Shown: positions 15,802 to 26,042 of the stretch, piece by piece
How positions within the stretch are numbered: the stretch's first letter is position 1
Layout: every line of letters starts with the position of its first letter
DNA from: a virus
Taxonomy: Duplodnaviria > Caudoviricetes
Reading direction: 5' to 3' (one strand)
IMG/VR virus record: IMGVR_UViG_3300008107_000554
Span: 1-51,610 of that record
Length of the DNA stretch: 51,610 nt
Made by a program: the position numbers and the translations under genes
Notes under the pieces: generated by a model
Told to the model about the DNA's origin: nothing
Seen by the model: the letters and a program-made list of their open reading frames with translations, nothing else
The model's database searches: none

Positions 15802-18677
15802 GGCACTGCCCGCAGCTGACCCAGCGTCATGCTCTCCGGCCGGTTATCCTCATTCTCCAAGAGAGTGTGGAGCCGGTCGTGCGCAAGGTTGATGCCAACC
15901 ACGTAGGTCTGGGGGAGCCGCAGTTCTGGGATGCCCCGGCCAAGGATGGCCTTCTTGGATGTAGGGGTGGCGTCGATGCTTTCCGACACGAGCACGTCGC
16001 TAAACTTCTTCCAGTCCCCACCACGGCTGGCCATCCACTGACGGAAGTGAGTGCGGTCCACGAGCAGGATGCCCCGATCGTTCTTGGCATTGGTGGCCTT
16101 GCGGTGCAGGTCGAACCGCACCCGGACCTCTGCGCGTGGCAGCCTGCTGGGATCGTAGATCGGCAGATCGTGGCCGTCGATGTGGGAGACGAGAACAGTG
16201 GCAGCACGCATCTCGTTGAGGTACTCACCCAGCAGATCGAACTCATCCAGCTTGGCGGCGCTGATGCTGCGGCGGATCATGCCAGCCTGCTCCAGTGCGA
16301 ACTCAGTGGCCTTGGTGTAGTCGTAGTCCACCCAGCCATTCTGCACGGCGATCATGTTCATCAGATCGGATAGCACGATCATGACTTCCCAGTACCGCTC
16401 CTCGCCGCTGAACCGAACCTTGTACTTCTGCTCGAAGGCGACCATGTGGTCGGCGATCATCTTGGTAACCGCAGCCTCGCCCATAGCCACCAGCCACATG
16501 AGGATCAGCAGGCCGACGTGCCCGTAGTTGCGGGTGATGGTGTTGTAGAACTTGCGCCCCACATCCGTGCTCTTGGTGAAGATGTCCGAACTCTCCAACG
16601 AAAGCTCCAGCATCCGGGCCATCTGCGCGTCAGTCTCGAAGTTACCAGCCAGCAGCTTGCCGCCCATGGGGCGGTTGGTTGACAGGGTCACAGGCGTAGC
16701 CCATGTCTTTGGGTCACGCTCCTCCACCCGGGCATTGAGGCGGCTCTTGTCCCGGCCCTGCGTCACACCGTAGATGAAGTCACCGACCTCTTTATCGGGC
16801 ATCATGGTGGTTTCGTCGATCGTCATGGGCAGGTTGTTCAGGAACGACAGGCGGGTGAACAGCGCGTTCTGTGTGTACTTAGACTGGAAGTGCAACTCGA
16901 CAGGGTCGCCCCAGATGGACTGCATCGCCAGCTGTGCCAGCGACTTGCCGCTGCCCGTCGGCCCGTAGAGCGAGAGCACTGCACCCTTGAGCCCGGTGAA
17001 CTGGTAGAGCGGGGCGGACATGGACACACCCATAGCGAAGATGTGGGCCTTGAGCCCGGCAGCTTCCATGAGCTTGGTGATCTTGATCCACTTCTCGTGG
17101 TCACCCTTGGAGCCATACATCCCAGTGCCGATGCGCTGCACCGCAGAGGATAGCACGACATCCTCGACCACGGTCTGGCCTTGCTCGTCCTTACGGACTT
17201 GCTTGTCGCCGAGCACGAACAGGGAGTTCTCCTCCTTCCACCCCAGCGTGGTGTAGAGGTTGGTGGTTGTTTTGAGCCTGCGCAGTTCGTCCATGTAGGA
17301 GCGGAGCATGAATTGAAACCTCTCGGTTATACCCTTGAAGGGCAGCACGATACCTTGGTCAGCGATGGCTGTGGGGAACTCGCGGTTCCCGTCGGCGAGG
17401 TAGGCTTGTCTGAACTTGAGTTCCTGCCAGCCTTTGTGCGGGCGCTTCCAGTGGTAGCGGACCACCTCGTAGCCAAGGGCTTCATCCTTGCCGTAGCTTA
17501 CAGGGTACAGGTCGAACGGCACGACCATGATGTCAGTGTCGTCGATGGTCTGGGCGATGCCGCCCTTGGCCACACGCTTGAAGCCCGGAGGCATGGGCAC
17601 TTCGTGTGCCACTTCGTCAAGCGCATCCTCGGCTGGGCCTTCGGCCTCAGTCAGCTTGCGTCCGATCTGACAGGGCGACGTGATCTTGCCAGCGAAGGGG
17701 CACTTGTTGCAGCCAGCCGAACGCAGGTCCTTGAACTTAGCACAGGTGGTTGGCCCCGTGGCCTTGCCTCTCCACTGCTCCACCTTGAGGACAGTACGAC
17801 TATAGTCGTAGTCCGGGTGCTGGTCTGACCACGCAACAGCCGTCCCTTCCGGATCGTCGCAGAAGGCAGCGATGCCAAGCAGCGCGTACCAGAACGGCTC
17901 CTCCACATCCTTTTGGTTATTGGCAGCCCAGCGCACCTGTGCGCAGCCCTCGATGATGTTGCCCGCAACGGCAGGCTCGTACTCCTGCCCGGACGCAAGC
18001 GCTCCCGTGATGCTCGACACAGGCTTGACCTGCGCAGCGAAGCCGCGGGGAGTGCCGCCTAGCAGGCGCTGCTTTGTGATGTAGGGGAGCAAGACTTGAC
18101 GCAAATCGTCGGGGTCGTTGTCGGGTGCGTCCTTGATGAGCGTCACTTCCGCCCCGTTCTTAGGGTTGTGAGTACCCACGGGGCGCAGCACTCGGGCGCT
18201 GTCGGCGGTCACCGCCGGGTCGATCTCGAAGCCATGCTGCTTTGCGCACTCCTTGAGTGCATCAGCCAGAGGCTGCCAGTCTGCGGGCGCAAGCGCCTCG
18301 GTCAACGGCCAGTACACGTGGAGACCACGGCCTGAGTTGACCACCATGGGTGGCGGCAAGCCACTGGCTTTGAGGAATGTCTTGAGGGCCTTGGCGCCCT
18401 CGCGCTGGTCGGCGAAGGGCTTGTCCTCGCCACAGTCGATGTCAATGAACAGAGCTTTGGTCTGCTTGACGTTCACCTGCTTGCGATTGCCCGCCTCGAT
18501 GAACGAGGACATTGCGTAGTACACGTTACCACCAGCAATGTCGATCCGGATGACCGCGCCGGACAGCGCGTCTATGGTCTCGTAAGACTTCTGCGCGCGT
18601 TTGTCCGGGTTGATAACTGTCGCTACGTAATACCCTTCGTCGGGCAGCACCCTGCCCAAGAACTCTGCTGTGTCCAT
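15798..18677 (-). CDS. Primase-helicase: RepB/AEP-like primase plus DUF927 helicase domain
   Basis: FIDIDCG, NSGRGLHVYW and ARVLRPVGTHN (AEP/RepB motifs); Cys cluster (TCAKF..GCNKCP); Walker A GPTGSGKS and Walker B MTIDE. Start set at ATG 18677. Confidence 0.85.
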
Positions 18678-18697
18678 GTCCCTACCCTGCTCGGTGT

Positions 18698-18720
18698 GTG
18701 GGGGGCTCGACACCCCCCAC
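18698..18720. terminator. Intergenic G/C hairpin upstream of the primase gene
   Basis: gtgggggg-ctcgaca-ccccccac inverted repeat, followed by a T-rich run on the + strand. Confidence 0.4.
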
Positions 18721-18722
18721 CT

Positions 18723-19010
18723 TTATTTTACGAGAAGCAACTTCTGCAATGCAATCAGTCTGTCGTCCTGATCCATCGCCACGATGGCCGGTGCCGGCCA
18801 CTCGTGTTCTGTCATAACACGGAGCATGTCCTTTAGGATAGCCCGCGTTTTCGTGGCGTTGCGCTCGGCAGGGTGGCCCTCTTTCTTCCAGTTGTAGTAG
18901 GTTACCCGGGATACCCCGAGTAACCTTGCCATCTGGGTGTGCGTGAGCAGCATGTGCCTACGGAGCGCGTCGATCTTCTCGAACGTGATCCGCTTCTGCT
19001 CAGTCGTCAT
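18723..19010 (-). CDS. XRE/Cro-like helix-turn-helix protein
   Basis: LRRHMLLTHTQMARLLGVSRVTYYNW. Confidence 0.8.
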   Translation of the reverse strand: MTTEQKRITFEKIDALRRHMLLTHTQMARLLGVSRVTYYNWKKEGHPAERNATKTRAILKDMLRVMTEHEWPAPAIVAMDQDDRLIALQKLLLVK

Positions 19011-19986
19011 CGTCCATGTCCGACATCAGGTTGGCGATCTCGTCGGCGAGGGAGCCAGTGCCAGCCTTCTCCACCTTGGGAGCAGCGGCCTTGGGAGCAG
19101 CAGCCTTCGGCTTGGGGGCCGGAGCTTCCTCCTCCTCCTCGACGGGTGCAGCCTTCGCACCGAACCCACGCTTGGGTGCCGGGGCTTCTTCTTCCTCGAC
19201 CGGAGCGGGCTTCGGCTTGGCAGCGACAGCGGCGGGCTTGGCGGCAGCCTTCGGCTTGGCTTCGGCCTTGGGCTCAGCGGCGCTTTCTTTCTCGCCAGTA
19301 ATCTCCATCACCTTGTCTGAACCGAACAGCCCTTCGACCGCAGCGTACTCACCCTCGTCGAGGAAGCCGCCGTATTTGAACACCAGCTTGGGGTAGCTGG
19401 CGTCAGTGTCGAACGTGACCACGGTCTTGACTGCCTCGACCGGGATGCCCCGCATCTGCAGTTCCTTCTGGTAGGCACCCAGACCCTTGAGCGCAGAAGC
19501 CGGGACTTGCAGCAGGTAGATCGGACCTTCGGGGTCGTTGGACGCCACGACAGCCAGACGCTTGTGGTCAGCGCAGGCTTTGACCTGCGTGCCCATCGGG
19601 GTGATCTTGGAACCCCATGCGTTCATCGGGCAGCCAGCGCAGGTGTCATTCTGCGGGTCGGTGCTCTCACCATGCGGGCGGATGCCGTCCAGCGAGTAGC
19701 AGTCAGGCGACACAGGCTCACTGTCCGGGGTCCACTGCTTGGCGTAGTAGGTTTTCGACTTGCCGGGGTTAGCACCCACGATTATGACCGACAGCTTGGT
19801 GTCCTCAAGCACAGTCTCGGCACCGCCCTCGATGATGCGGAAGCGGCTGCCCTTGATGGAGATGCGCGGGAACTCCGCGCCACCTGCCAGACCACCGGCC
19901 AGAGCGGCCGACAGAGCAGAGGGTTGACCCACCACACGTGCGAGGTGTGCCGGGATTTGGATGTTGGAAGGTACGATGTTGCTCAT
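19000..19986 (-). CDS. Single-stranded DNA-binding protein (phage type)
   Basis: PRISIKGSRF, CAGCPMNAWGS..KAC Zn motif, Ala/Pro/Lys linker and acidic tail MSDMDDDD, in the replication cluster. Confidence 0.7.
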   Translation of the reverse strand: MSNIVPSNIQIPAHLARVVGQPSALSAALAGGLAGGAEFPRISIKGSRFRIIEGGAETVLEDTKLSVIIVGANPGKSKTYYAKQWTPDSEPVSPDCYSLDGIRPHGESTDPQNDTCAGCPMNAWGSKITPMGTQVKACADHKRLAVVASNDPEGPIYLLQVPASALKGLGAYQKELQMRGIPVEAVKTVVTFDTDASYPKLVFKYGGFLDEGEYAAVEGLFGSDKVMEITGEKESAAEPKAEAKPKAAAKPAAVAAKPKPAPVEEEEAPAPKRGFGAKAAPVEEEEEAPAPKPKAAAPKAAAPKVEKAGTGSLADEIANLMSDMDDDD

Positions 19987-20003
19987 GTTGTCCTCTCTGA
20001 GCG

Positions 20004-20285
20004 TTACTTGGTGAGACGCCGCGCCGCCATTTCGGCGACGAGCAGGGGCCCGAGTTCGTCTGCGCTTGCTGCGTAGACTGCGTCGACTTTGTCCGGACCA
20101 TTGGGGTTGTAGCTGCGGGTGCTGACGAGGAAGCCATTGCGGATCGGCGTCACGACGTGCGTCGCCGGGTTCTCCGCAGAGCTAAGCATGTGGAGGCACA
20201 TGTGCTCCGCGCCACCACGCCCAATGGTTACTTCTGGCATGGGCCCTTCCAGCCAGCGGCGCACCATTCTGCGAAGCCACCTCAT
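20004..20285 (-). CDS. Hypothetical protein
   Basis: ORF packed tightly into the operon with overlapping stop/start. Confidence 0.6.
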   Translation of the reverse strand: MRWLRRMVRRWLEGPMPEVTIGRGGAEHMCLHMLSSAENPATHVVTPIRNGFLVSTRSYNPNGPDKVDAVYAASADELGPLLVAEMAARRLTK

Positions 20286-20683
20286 TCGTCACCCCCTGAC
20301 GCCTTGCGGATGTTGACGCCCAGCTTGGTGCCATAGGTAATACCGGGTGGCACTTCGCCAGTCTCATCCATGTGAGACCGGACCGCGGTTTTGGACACAC
20401 GCTTCTCCAGCATGTCGAACGCGTCATGGTTCTTGATGAAGGTCAGCACAGCATCCCAGTCCGCCACGTTGGCGAAGTCAGTGCTGGTCACGAAGGCCGT
20501 GCCAGCCGAAGTCTTGAACGAGGTAACACCCTCGTCGTCAGCCTTCTGCATCAGCCACGCTTCCAGCTTGGACATCTTGGCCTTGAGTTCAGCGACCTTC
20601 TCCTTGGTCTCGTTCTCAACTGCCTCCTTCTTCCTCCGCAGTTTGAGATAGGTCTCCACCACCTGCTCGACCGTAAAGCTCAT
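20282..20683 (-). CDS. Conserved phage coiled-coil protein (Gam/Gp157-like)
   Basis: N-terminal coiled coil, then SFKTSAGT, VADWDA and LEKRVSKTAV..VPPG. Start set at ATG 20683. Confidence 0.65.
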   Translation of the reverse strand: MSFTVEQVVETYLKLRRKKEAVENETKEKVAELKAKMSKLEAWLMQKADDEGVTSFKTSAGTAFVTSTDFANVADWDAVLTFIKNHDAFDMLEKRVSKTAVRSHMDETGEVPPGITYGTKLGVNIRKASGGDE

Positions 20684-20907
20684 TCCATCCTCCACACCCG
20701 GACGCCCTGCGCCCCATCCTTGTCCACCTTGGCAGTGACGAACCGTGCTTCGAGCCGCTTGCCTGCCCGCTTGCACAGCGCAGACATCTGCGTGGTGTCC
20801 TTGTTCACGACGAAGAAGCTGTCACCAACTTCCATCTGGTCGAACGGGTACTTCCAGCGCACGTTCTTCTCCGGCAGCGGAACGTCCTTCTCGATGCTAA
20901 ACGACAT
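20680..20907 (-). CDS. Conserved small phage protein, putative DNA-binding
   Basis: IEKDVPLP..KYPFDQMEVGDSFFV..GVRVWR, a motif set common in phages. Confidence 0.75.
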   Translation of the reverse strand: MSFSIEKDVPLPEKNVRWKYPFDQMEVGDSFFVVNKDTTQMSALCKRAGKRLEARFVTAKVDKDGAQGVRVWRME

Positions 20908-20908
20908 G

Positions 20909-22456
20909 TTATTCCTTTCCCATCTGGGCTATCAGGTCTAGCAACACACCCTGTAACTTCTGCTTATTCTGCAGACGTTCATAGATGCGATGCTCCACCT
21001 CAGTTGCTTCAATGTGTACGACGTTCGACACGTGCTTCTTGCCGATACGTTCGACACGACCGTTGGCCTGAACATACTGTTCATTACTAGTGATCGGACC
21101 ATACCATACAACGGTTGACGCCGCTGTCAAGGTCAATCCATGCGCCATTGTCGCAGGATGTGCAATTAGTACGCGAGGGTCGCGGGCGTTCTGGAAGTTG
21201 TGGAAGATGTCATTGCGCTTGGCAGACGACACCTCACCGTTGACCACGCCCACCGTCCAGTCCTTGGACAGTTCGCGCTCCAGCATCCGCAGAGTGCCTG
21301 TCAAGGGGACGAAAAGAATAACCTTCTCGCCTGCTTCCTCGATGACTTCCTTCACGGCGCTGATCCGTGGACCACAGTCCAGTTCGAGCAGCTCTCCATT
21401 CTCCCCGTAAGCTACACCCAGTGCGATCTGGATCAGCTTCTGCGCCTTTACTGCTTCGTTAACAGCAGTGATCGTGCCGCCTGCCACCTCGGTGACCAGC
21501 TGCTTGACCATCTGCTTGAAGTGCTTGGCCTGCTCGGGTGTCAGTGGCACCTTGCGGGTCTGGGTCACAGTGTCTGGCAGGTCAAGACACTCCTCCCGGG
21601 TGAAGCGGATGGATGGCTGGAGCACGTGCTTCACAACGTCCACGCTCTCAGGGCGGGGGACAAACTTCCACTGGCCCATCTTCATCATGACCTGCTCACG
21701 GAAGCCGGTGTAGCTCTTGCTCATGTGCGGGCTGTTCACCAGCTTAGCCAGTGCCCACGCATCGGTGGGTTCGTTCGGGGTGGGTGTGCCCGTCATCAGC
21801 CACAGGTTCATGTGCGGCTGCACCTGCAGCCAGCGATAGAACTGCTTGAAGCGCCGGGTCGATGGGTTCCGGTAGACCGCTGCCTCGTCGATGATGACAA
21901 GGTCGAACATGTCCAGTGCTTCCTTGGCGATGATGGGGAAGCCATCGTGGTTGATGATGTAGAAGTCCGCCTCGGTGTTGAGCAGCTTAAGCCTACGCTT
22001 GGCGTCACCATAGAGGGTCACCGACTTGCGGTGGTACAGCTCCTTGAACACAGCGTCACCCCACACCCGCTCAAGGGTGGACAGGGGCGACAGGATCAGC
22101 ACCTTCTTGATGAGACCCATGTTCATCAGGTAGTCGGCAGCCCACAGGGCGCTGACAGTCTTGCCTGTCCCGATCGAGTTCAACACTAGGCAACGCTTGT
22201 TCAGTGTAAGGAACTCAGCCGTGGACTTCTGGTGTTCGTATGGCGTGAAGCGCCCGGGCCAATCGTACTGGTAGGCAATGGGCGACGGCGGGTTGAACCC
22301 CAGTTCCTTGAGGCGCTGCATCTCCTTCACCCGGTGGGGTATCACGACGATGCGTGGGTCAGACGGCAGCTGCCTCGCCTTGGGTATGCACTCTAAGACC
22401 CGGTGTGGGTCACTCAGTTTGAGGGCCACGGCCCTCGCGGACTCGACGACAAGCAT
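20909..22456 (-). CDS. SF2 (SNF2-like) helicase
   Basis: IGTGKT, IIDEA, MTGTP, HGLTLTAA and QANGRVERIG motifs. Confidence 0.9.
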   Translation of the reverse strand: MLVVESARAVALKLSDPHRVLECIPKARQLPSDPRIVVIPHRVKEMQRLKELGFNPPSPIAYQYDWPGRFTPYEHQKSTAEFLTLNKRCLVLNSIGTGKTVSALWAADYLMNMGLIKKVLILSPLSTLERVWGDAVFKELYHRKSVTLYGDAKRRLKLLNTEADFYIINHDGFPIIAKEALDMFDLVIIDEAAVYRNPSTRRFKQFYRWLQVQPHMNLWLMTGTPTPNEPTDAWALAKLVNSPHMSKSYTGFREQVMMKMGQWKFVPRPESVDVVKHVLQPSIRFTREECLDLPDTVTQTRKVPLTPEQAKHFKQMVKQLVTEVAGGTITAVNEAVKAQKLIQIALGVAYGENGELLELDCGPRISAVKEVIEEAGEKVILFVPLTGTLRMLERELSKDWTVGVVNGEVSSAKRNDIFHNFQNARDPRVLIAHPATMAHGLTLTAASTVVWYGPITSNEQYVQANGRVERIGKKHVSNVVHIEATEVEHRIYERLQNKQKLQGVLLDLIAQMGKE

Positions 22457-22739
22457 GTATCCACTCCCTTACCTGCTCGATTGTGGCCTTGTCATAGACC
22501 ACGAAACACTTGCCACCCGCAGCTTCGATGTCCGCCATGCACTTTATCTGCAAGGCGGTGGGCTTTTTGGTGGCGTCAGCTTTACACTCGATACCCAAGA
22601 ACAAACCTTCCACGACCGCAACTCGGTCGGGGATGCCTGCACTACCAAATGGTCCGGCCTGCGGGGGGTAAAACCACACCCGCTCAGCCTTCAACATCCG
22701 GTCTAACGCTGTCTTGATCTTGCCCTCTGGAGTGGCCAT
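22410..22739 (-). CDS. VRR-NUC family nuclease (Holliday junction resolvase-like)
   Basis: TPEGKIK, GIPDR, GIECKA, PTALQ and AAGG motifs. Confidence 0.85.
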   Translation of the reverse strand: MATPEGKIKTALDRMLKAERVWFYPPQAGPFGSAGIPDRVAVVEGLFLGIECKADATKKPTALQIKCMADIEAAGGKCFVVYDKATIEQVREWIHACRRVREGRGPQTE

Positions 22740-22741
22740 CG

Positions 22742-23423
22742 TCAACTCGCAAATTCACAGAAGCCCTTGCACGGGCAGAATTTGCACAGCCCACTGGGCT
22801 TGGCCGGCCAGTTGTCAGTCTCCAAAGACTTCTCCACCCGATTGATGCGCGTCATCAGTCGCGTCCACATCTCGTCCTTGTGCTCGACCCGGTACATCTC
22901 CTTGTCGATGGCGTTCTCCTTGGTCCACACAAACATGGAGGAGACCTTGGTGATCGACGGCCAGAAGCTGAACACAGCGAGGGCGAACATCTCCAGCTGG
23001 TCGAAGTCAGGGCGGCGCTTGCCTGTCTTCCAGTCCACCACCACAGCCGTGGAGTTGCCGCGGATCACGAGAACGTCGAGCTTGAAGCGCAGCCATGCGT
23101 CCTTGGCAAACCAGCTGGTGGGTTGCAGGTCACTGGTCAGGGTGTACTCCTGCTCGACGAGCAGCATCCCGCCGCCGTCGGCACCTGCCTTAACCTGATC
23201 GCACAGTGGCTTGAGCGCAGCCGTCTCCTCGGGCAGGCCAACAGCCGGAGCCTTGAGGTATTCCTCCAGCTGCTTGTGCACCCGCTCACCGTACACTGTC
23301 GCCGTGCCCGGCTGGTCCACCACTTCCTTGGTGATGCGCTGGTGGTAGTACCTCTTGGGGCAGTTCTCATACATCTTGAGGGCACATCTTGAGGGCAGTG
23401 TACGAGTGAGCGAGTTTAGTCAT
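22742..23423 (-). CDS. PD-(D/E)XK (Cas4/RecB-like) exonuclease; N-terminus frameshifted by a 13-bp duplication
   Basis: CPKRY, GERVH, KLDVL, VVDWKTGK, QLEMFA and C-terminal CKFCP..C. MTKLAHSYTALKM (ATG 23423) joins YENCPKRY only if one repeat copy is removed. Confidence 0.85.
23372..23397. repeat. 13-bp perfect tandem duplication (catcttgagggca x2)
   Basis: Copies at 23372-23384 and 23385-23397. Confidence 0.95.
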
Positions 23424-23646
23424 TACGTGTCTCCATGGGCATCCACCCGAGGGGTTTCTCAAGAACAAAGTTCAGTACATCTGGGTCATCCGCGCGCCAT
23501 TGTCTGGCGCGATAGCCCCAGCCTTTGCCACTACGCTCCGCGAACGGTACGACTCCGGCATGCTGGTAGTAGAGGACCACTGGGTTCTCCCGAGTGGCCT
23601 CGGGTGCAGTGTCCATTGGTTGGAAGGTGGGTAAGGTAGTCATCAC
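23416..23646 (-). CDS. Small DUF551-like phage protein
   Basis: FQPMDTAP...GWMPM resembles the WQPIETAP...WMPLP pattern. Confidence 0.6.
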   Translation of the reverse strand: MMTTLPTFQPMDTAPEATRENPVVLYYQHAGVVPFAERSGKGWGYRARQWRADDPDVLNFVLEKPLGWMPMETRND

Positions 23647-25404
23647 GTGTCTCCATAGTTGTCAGCCGTGCCTGCCTCGCAGGCCACGGGCAAGTCGGGT
23701 GCCCAAGTCGGGGCGGTGGACATGATCTCGACGATGTCCTTCTCTGCCTGCTCAGCCTTATCCTCAGGCACTACGCAGACGTTCTCGTCATGCACTTGGA
23801 AGGCGACGTGGTAGCCAGCGTCTCGGATCGCCAGCATCTGCTCTGCCACAACGATGCGTGCCAGTGCTATCAAACATGCGGCGGTCTTGGATGTAGGTGA
23901 ACTGCCGATCGGTGGCCGACAGGCCGTGGTAGCGCAGCTTCATCCCGTTGGGCAGGAGGACACCATCAGCATCGTAAGTCAGGATGTTACCGATCCGCCC
24001 CTTGCGCCCAGCCACCATGCTGGACAGGGCGTAGCCACACTCACCCCAGAGCTTGACGATCTGATGGTAACCCGTGCGGTAGGTGCGAACCAGACGCTCG
24101 ATGTCCTCCTCCGGCAGGTTGACGGGTGGCTTGCCACGCTTGAGCGTCAGCCCAAACTTATCAGCCGACATGCCGTAGCCCAGCCCAAGGATGGCTGCCT
24201 TGCCCACGTGACGCTCCAGCATGTCGGCCTTGGTGATCTTGCGACCGTAGAACGTCGTGGCAAACTCTGAGTAAACGTCCCGGCCCTCACGGAACCACTG
24301 CACAAGGTCAGCCTGCCCGGCAAGGTAGGCCACCATGCGGGCTTCGATCTGGCTGCTGTCACAGCTGATGATCTTGTATCCCTCGGGTGCCCGGAGGGCA
24401 TGGCGCAGCACACCACCACGAGGCAGGTTCTGTAGGTTGAGCTTGTCCCCACCAGAGAAGCGGCCAGTGTGGGCACCATAGTAGTTGAGCATGATGGGCA
24501 GCCGACCACGTGACTGCACCCCCAGCAGAGATGCTGTGCGCGTCTCCTCCAGAGTGGACTTGAGCCCCAGCCGTGCGGCCACCAGCGTCTGGACGATGGG
24601 GTCGTGGTGATCTTGCAGTGCAGTGAAGGCGAGGTCGGTCTTGGCGAAGGCGTAAGTCTCCTTGCCCGTGGTCCCGCTGATCTTGGTCGGTGGCTCCACC
24701 CCACGCTTGCGCAGCAGCTTGGCGAACTTGTCGTTCGACATGATGTACTCTTTGCCCTTGCCACCGAGGGTGTCGAGCAGTGCCTGCTTCTCTGCCTGCA
24801 CCACGACGAGGTGCGCAGCCAGCTTGTCCTCGTCCAACTCCACTGTCGGCTCGGTGTACATCCGGATGGCGGTGTCGATGACGCGCATCTCTGAGACAGG
24901 GAACCCCTTACGCAGCTTCTTGAACAGCTGGTAGGTCAGCTCGATGTCGTTGGCACAGTACTTCATGTACGCAGCCAGCTCTGCTGGGGAGAAGTGCCTG
25001 CGGCGTTTGCCCAGTGCTTGGATAACTTCCTCGCCCTTGGCCCCCAGCCCGTAGTGCTGAGCCAGTGCCTTGAGGCTGCCGCCCACCGTCGCCTGATGCA
25101 GAGGACGCGCCATAGATAGCGTGTCCAACCACAGCTTGGGCTTGATGCCGTAGTGCCACGAGAGGATAGCCCCGTCGAACATGGTGTTGTGGCAGAGGAT
25201 GGCCTTGTCGCTGTAGTCCAGTGACTTGAGGAACCTGCCCACGTTGTCACCACTGTAGGTATCTACGGGCCCGTCGTTGACCTTGACACCCACCCCGATC
25301 ACCTCGAACAGGTCAGACCTGACGTAGGCTTCCGTTGTGATCTTGGACAGCGAGTATTCCCTGTCGTAGAAAGTCTCGAAGTCGATGGTTACAATGTCCA
25401 TCAC
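23643..25404 (-). CDS. polA: Family A DNA polymerase with 3'-5' exonuclease domain, broken near 23870
   Basis: Exo I TIDFET, HTGRFSG, NLQNLPR, motif A CDSSQIEAR and motif B RHVGKAAILGLGYG in ORF 23788-25404. ALARIVVAEQM and motif C QVHDE lie in another frame (23643-23873). Confidence 0.9.
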
Positions 25405-25691
25405 ACCACATCCCCCCTAAGGCGCCGCGCTGTACGCCACGCTGTGTATCTCATCTGCGTCTCATGATCTTCTGATAGGAACTGCAACATCTGCACCAGC
25501 CCATTGGCGGACATGTTGCTCTTAGCTGCCAGCTCGTCGAGCGCATACTTCGCTACTTGCGACGCGATCCTACTGTCCAGCTCTGCTGATACAATATGGC
25601 TCATACTAGCTGTGTCTTCGCGTATGCGTACATCCGCATATGGTATGCTCATATACGACCGTACCGCGTCCTTCATGTCATCTGGATTCAT
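25401..25691 (-). CDS. Hypothetical protein
   Basis: ORF overlapping the polymerase start, with locally lower GC. Confidence 0.6.
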   Translation of the reverse strand: MNPDDMKDAVRSYMSIPYADVRIREDTASMSHIVSAELDSRIASQVAKYALDELAAKSNMSANGLVQMLQFLSEDHETQMRYTAWRTARRLRGDVV

Positions 25692-25697
25692 CCTGTC

Positions 25698-26024
25698 TCA
25701 CCCTGTCTTATGCCTGTCGTCTGTCCCTATTGCACGGCGCTCGTATGAAATAAGAAACGCAATGCAACATGCTGCGTGTGCGAGGTGTGAATACCCCGTC
25801 TCCGGATCGTTATCTTGACCACGCCACCACGCCCACATATGTCGCATGAGTGCACCGAATGGACGGTGCCACGCCATACCCTTCTCCCAGTTACGTTCAC
25901 TATACTTAACAGCACCGTAAGTCAACACTCGTGCTGTTTCTTCTAGCAGTTCAGGTGGGATCAGGTCGAAGCGCAGCTTGTCGCCGTCGAACTTGACGCC
26001 TTCTTCGAGTGGGGGCTTGGTCAT
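25698..26024 (-). CDS. DUF5664 (dATP/dGTP diphosphohydrolase-type domain) protein
   Basis: GVKFDGDKLRFDLIP, VLTYGAVKYSERNWEKG and DPETGYSHLAHAACC. GGAGG RBS before ATG 26024. Confidence 0.85.
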   Translation of the reverse strand: MTKPPLEEGVKFDGDKLRFDLIPPELLEETARVLTYGAVKYSERNWEKGMAWHRPFGALMRHMWAWWRGQDNDPETGYSHLAHAACCIAFLISYERRAIGTDDRHKTG

Positions 26025-26042
26025 TCGATCCTCCAGTGGGGA

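Noticed and set aside
19100-19260. Duplicated APVEEEE(E)APAPK in the SSB linker
   Set aside because: This is an ordinary low-complexity linker duplication.
22742-23423. Cas4-like protein as evidence of CRISPR-Cas
   Set aside because: It is a stand-alone phage replication-module nuclease in its usual pol/VRR-NUC/helicase context.
23788-23873. Intron, intein or programmed frameshift in the polymerase
   Set aside because: Sequence is missing rather than inserted, and there is no slippery site or homing endonuclease.
25698-26024. Z-genome (2-aminoadenine) pathway
   Set aside because: No PurZ or other base-modification enzymes are recognisable in the window.
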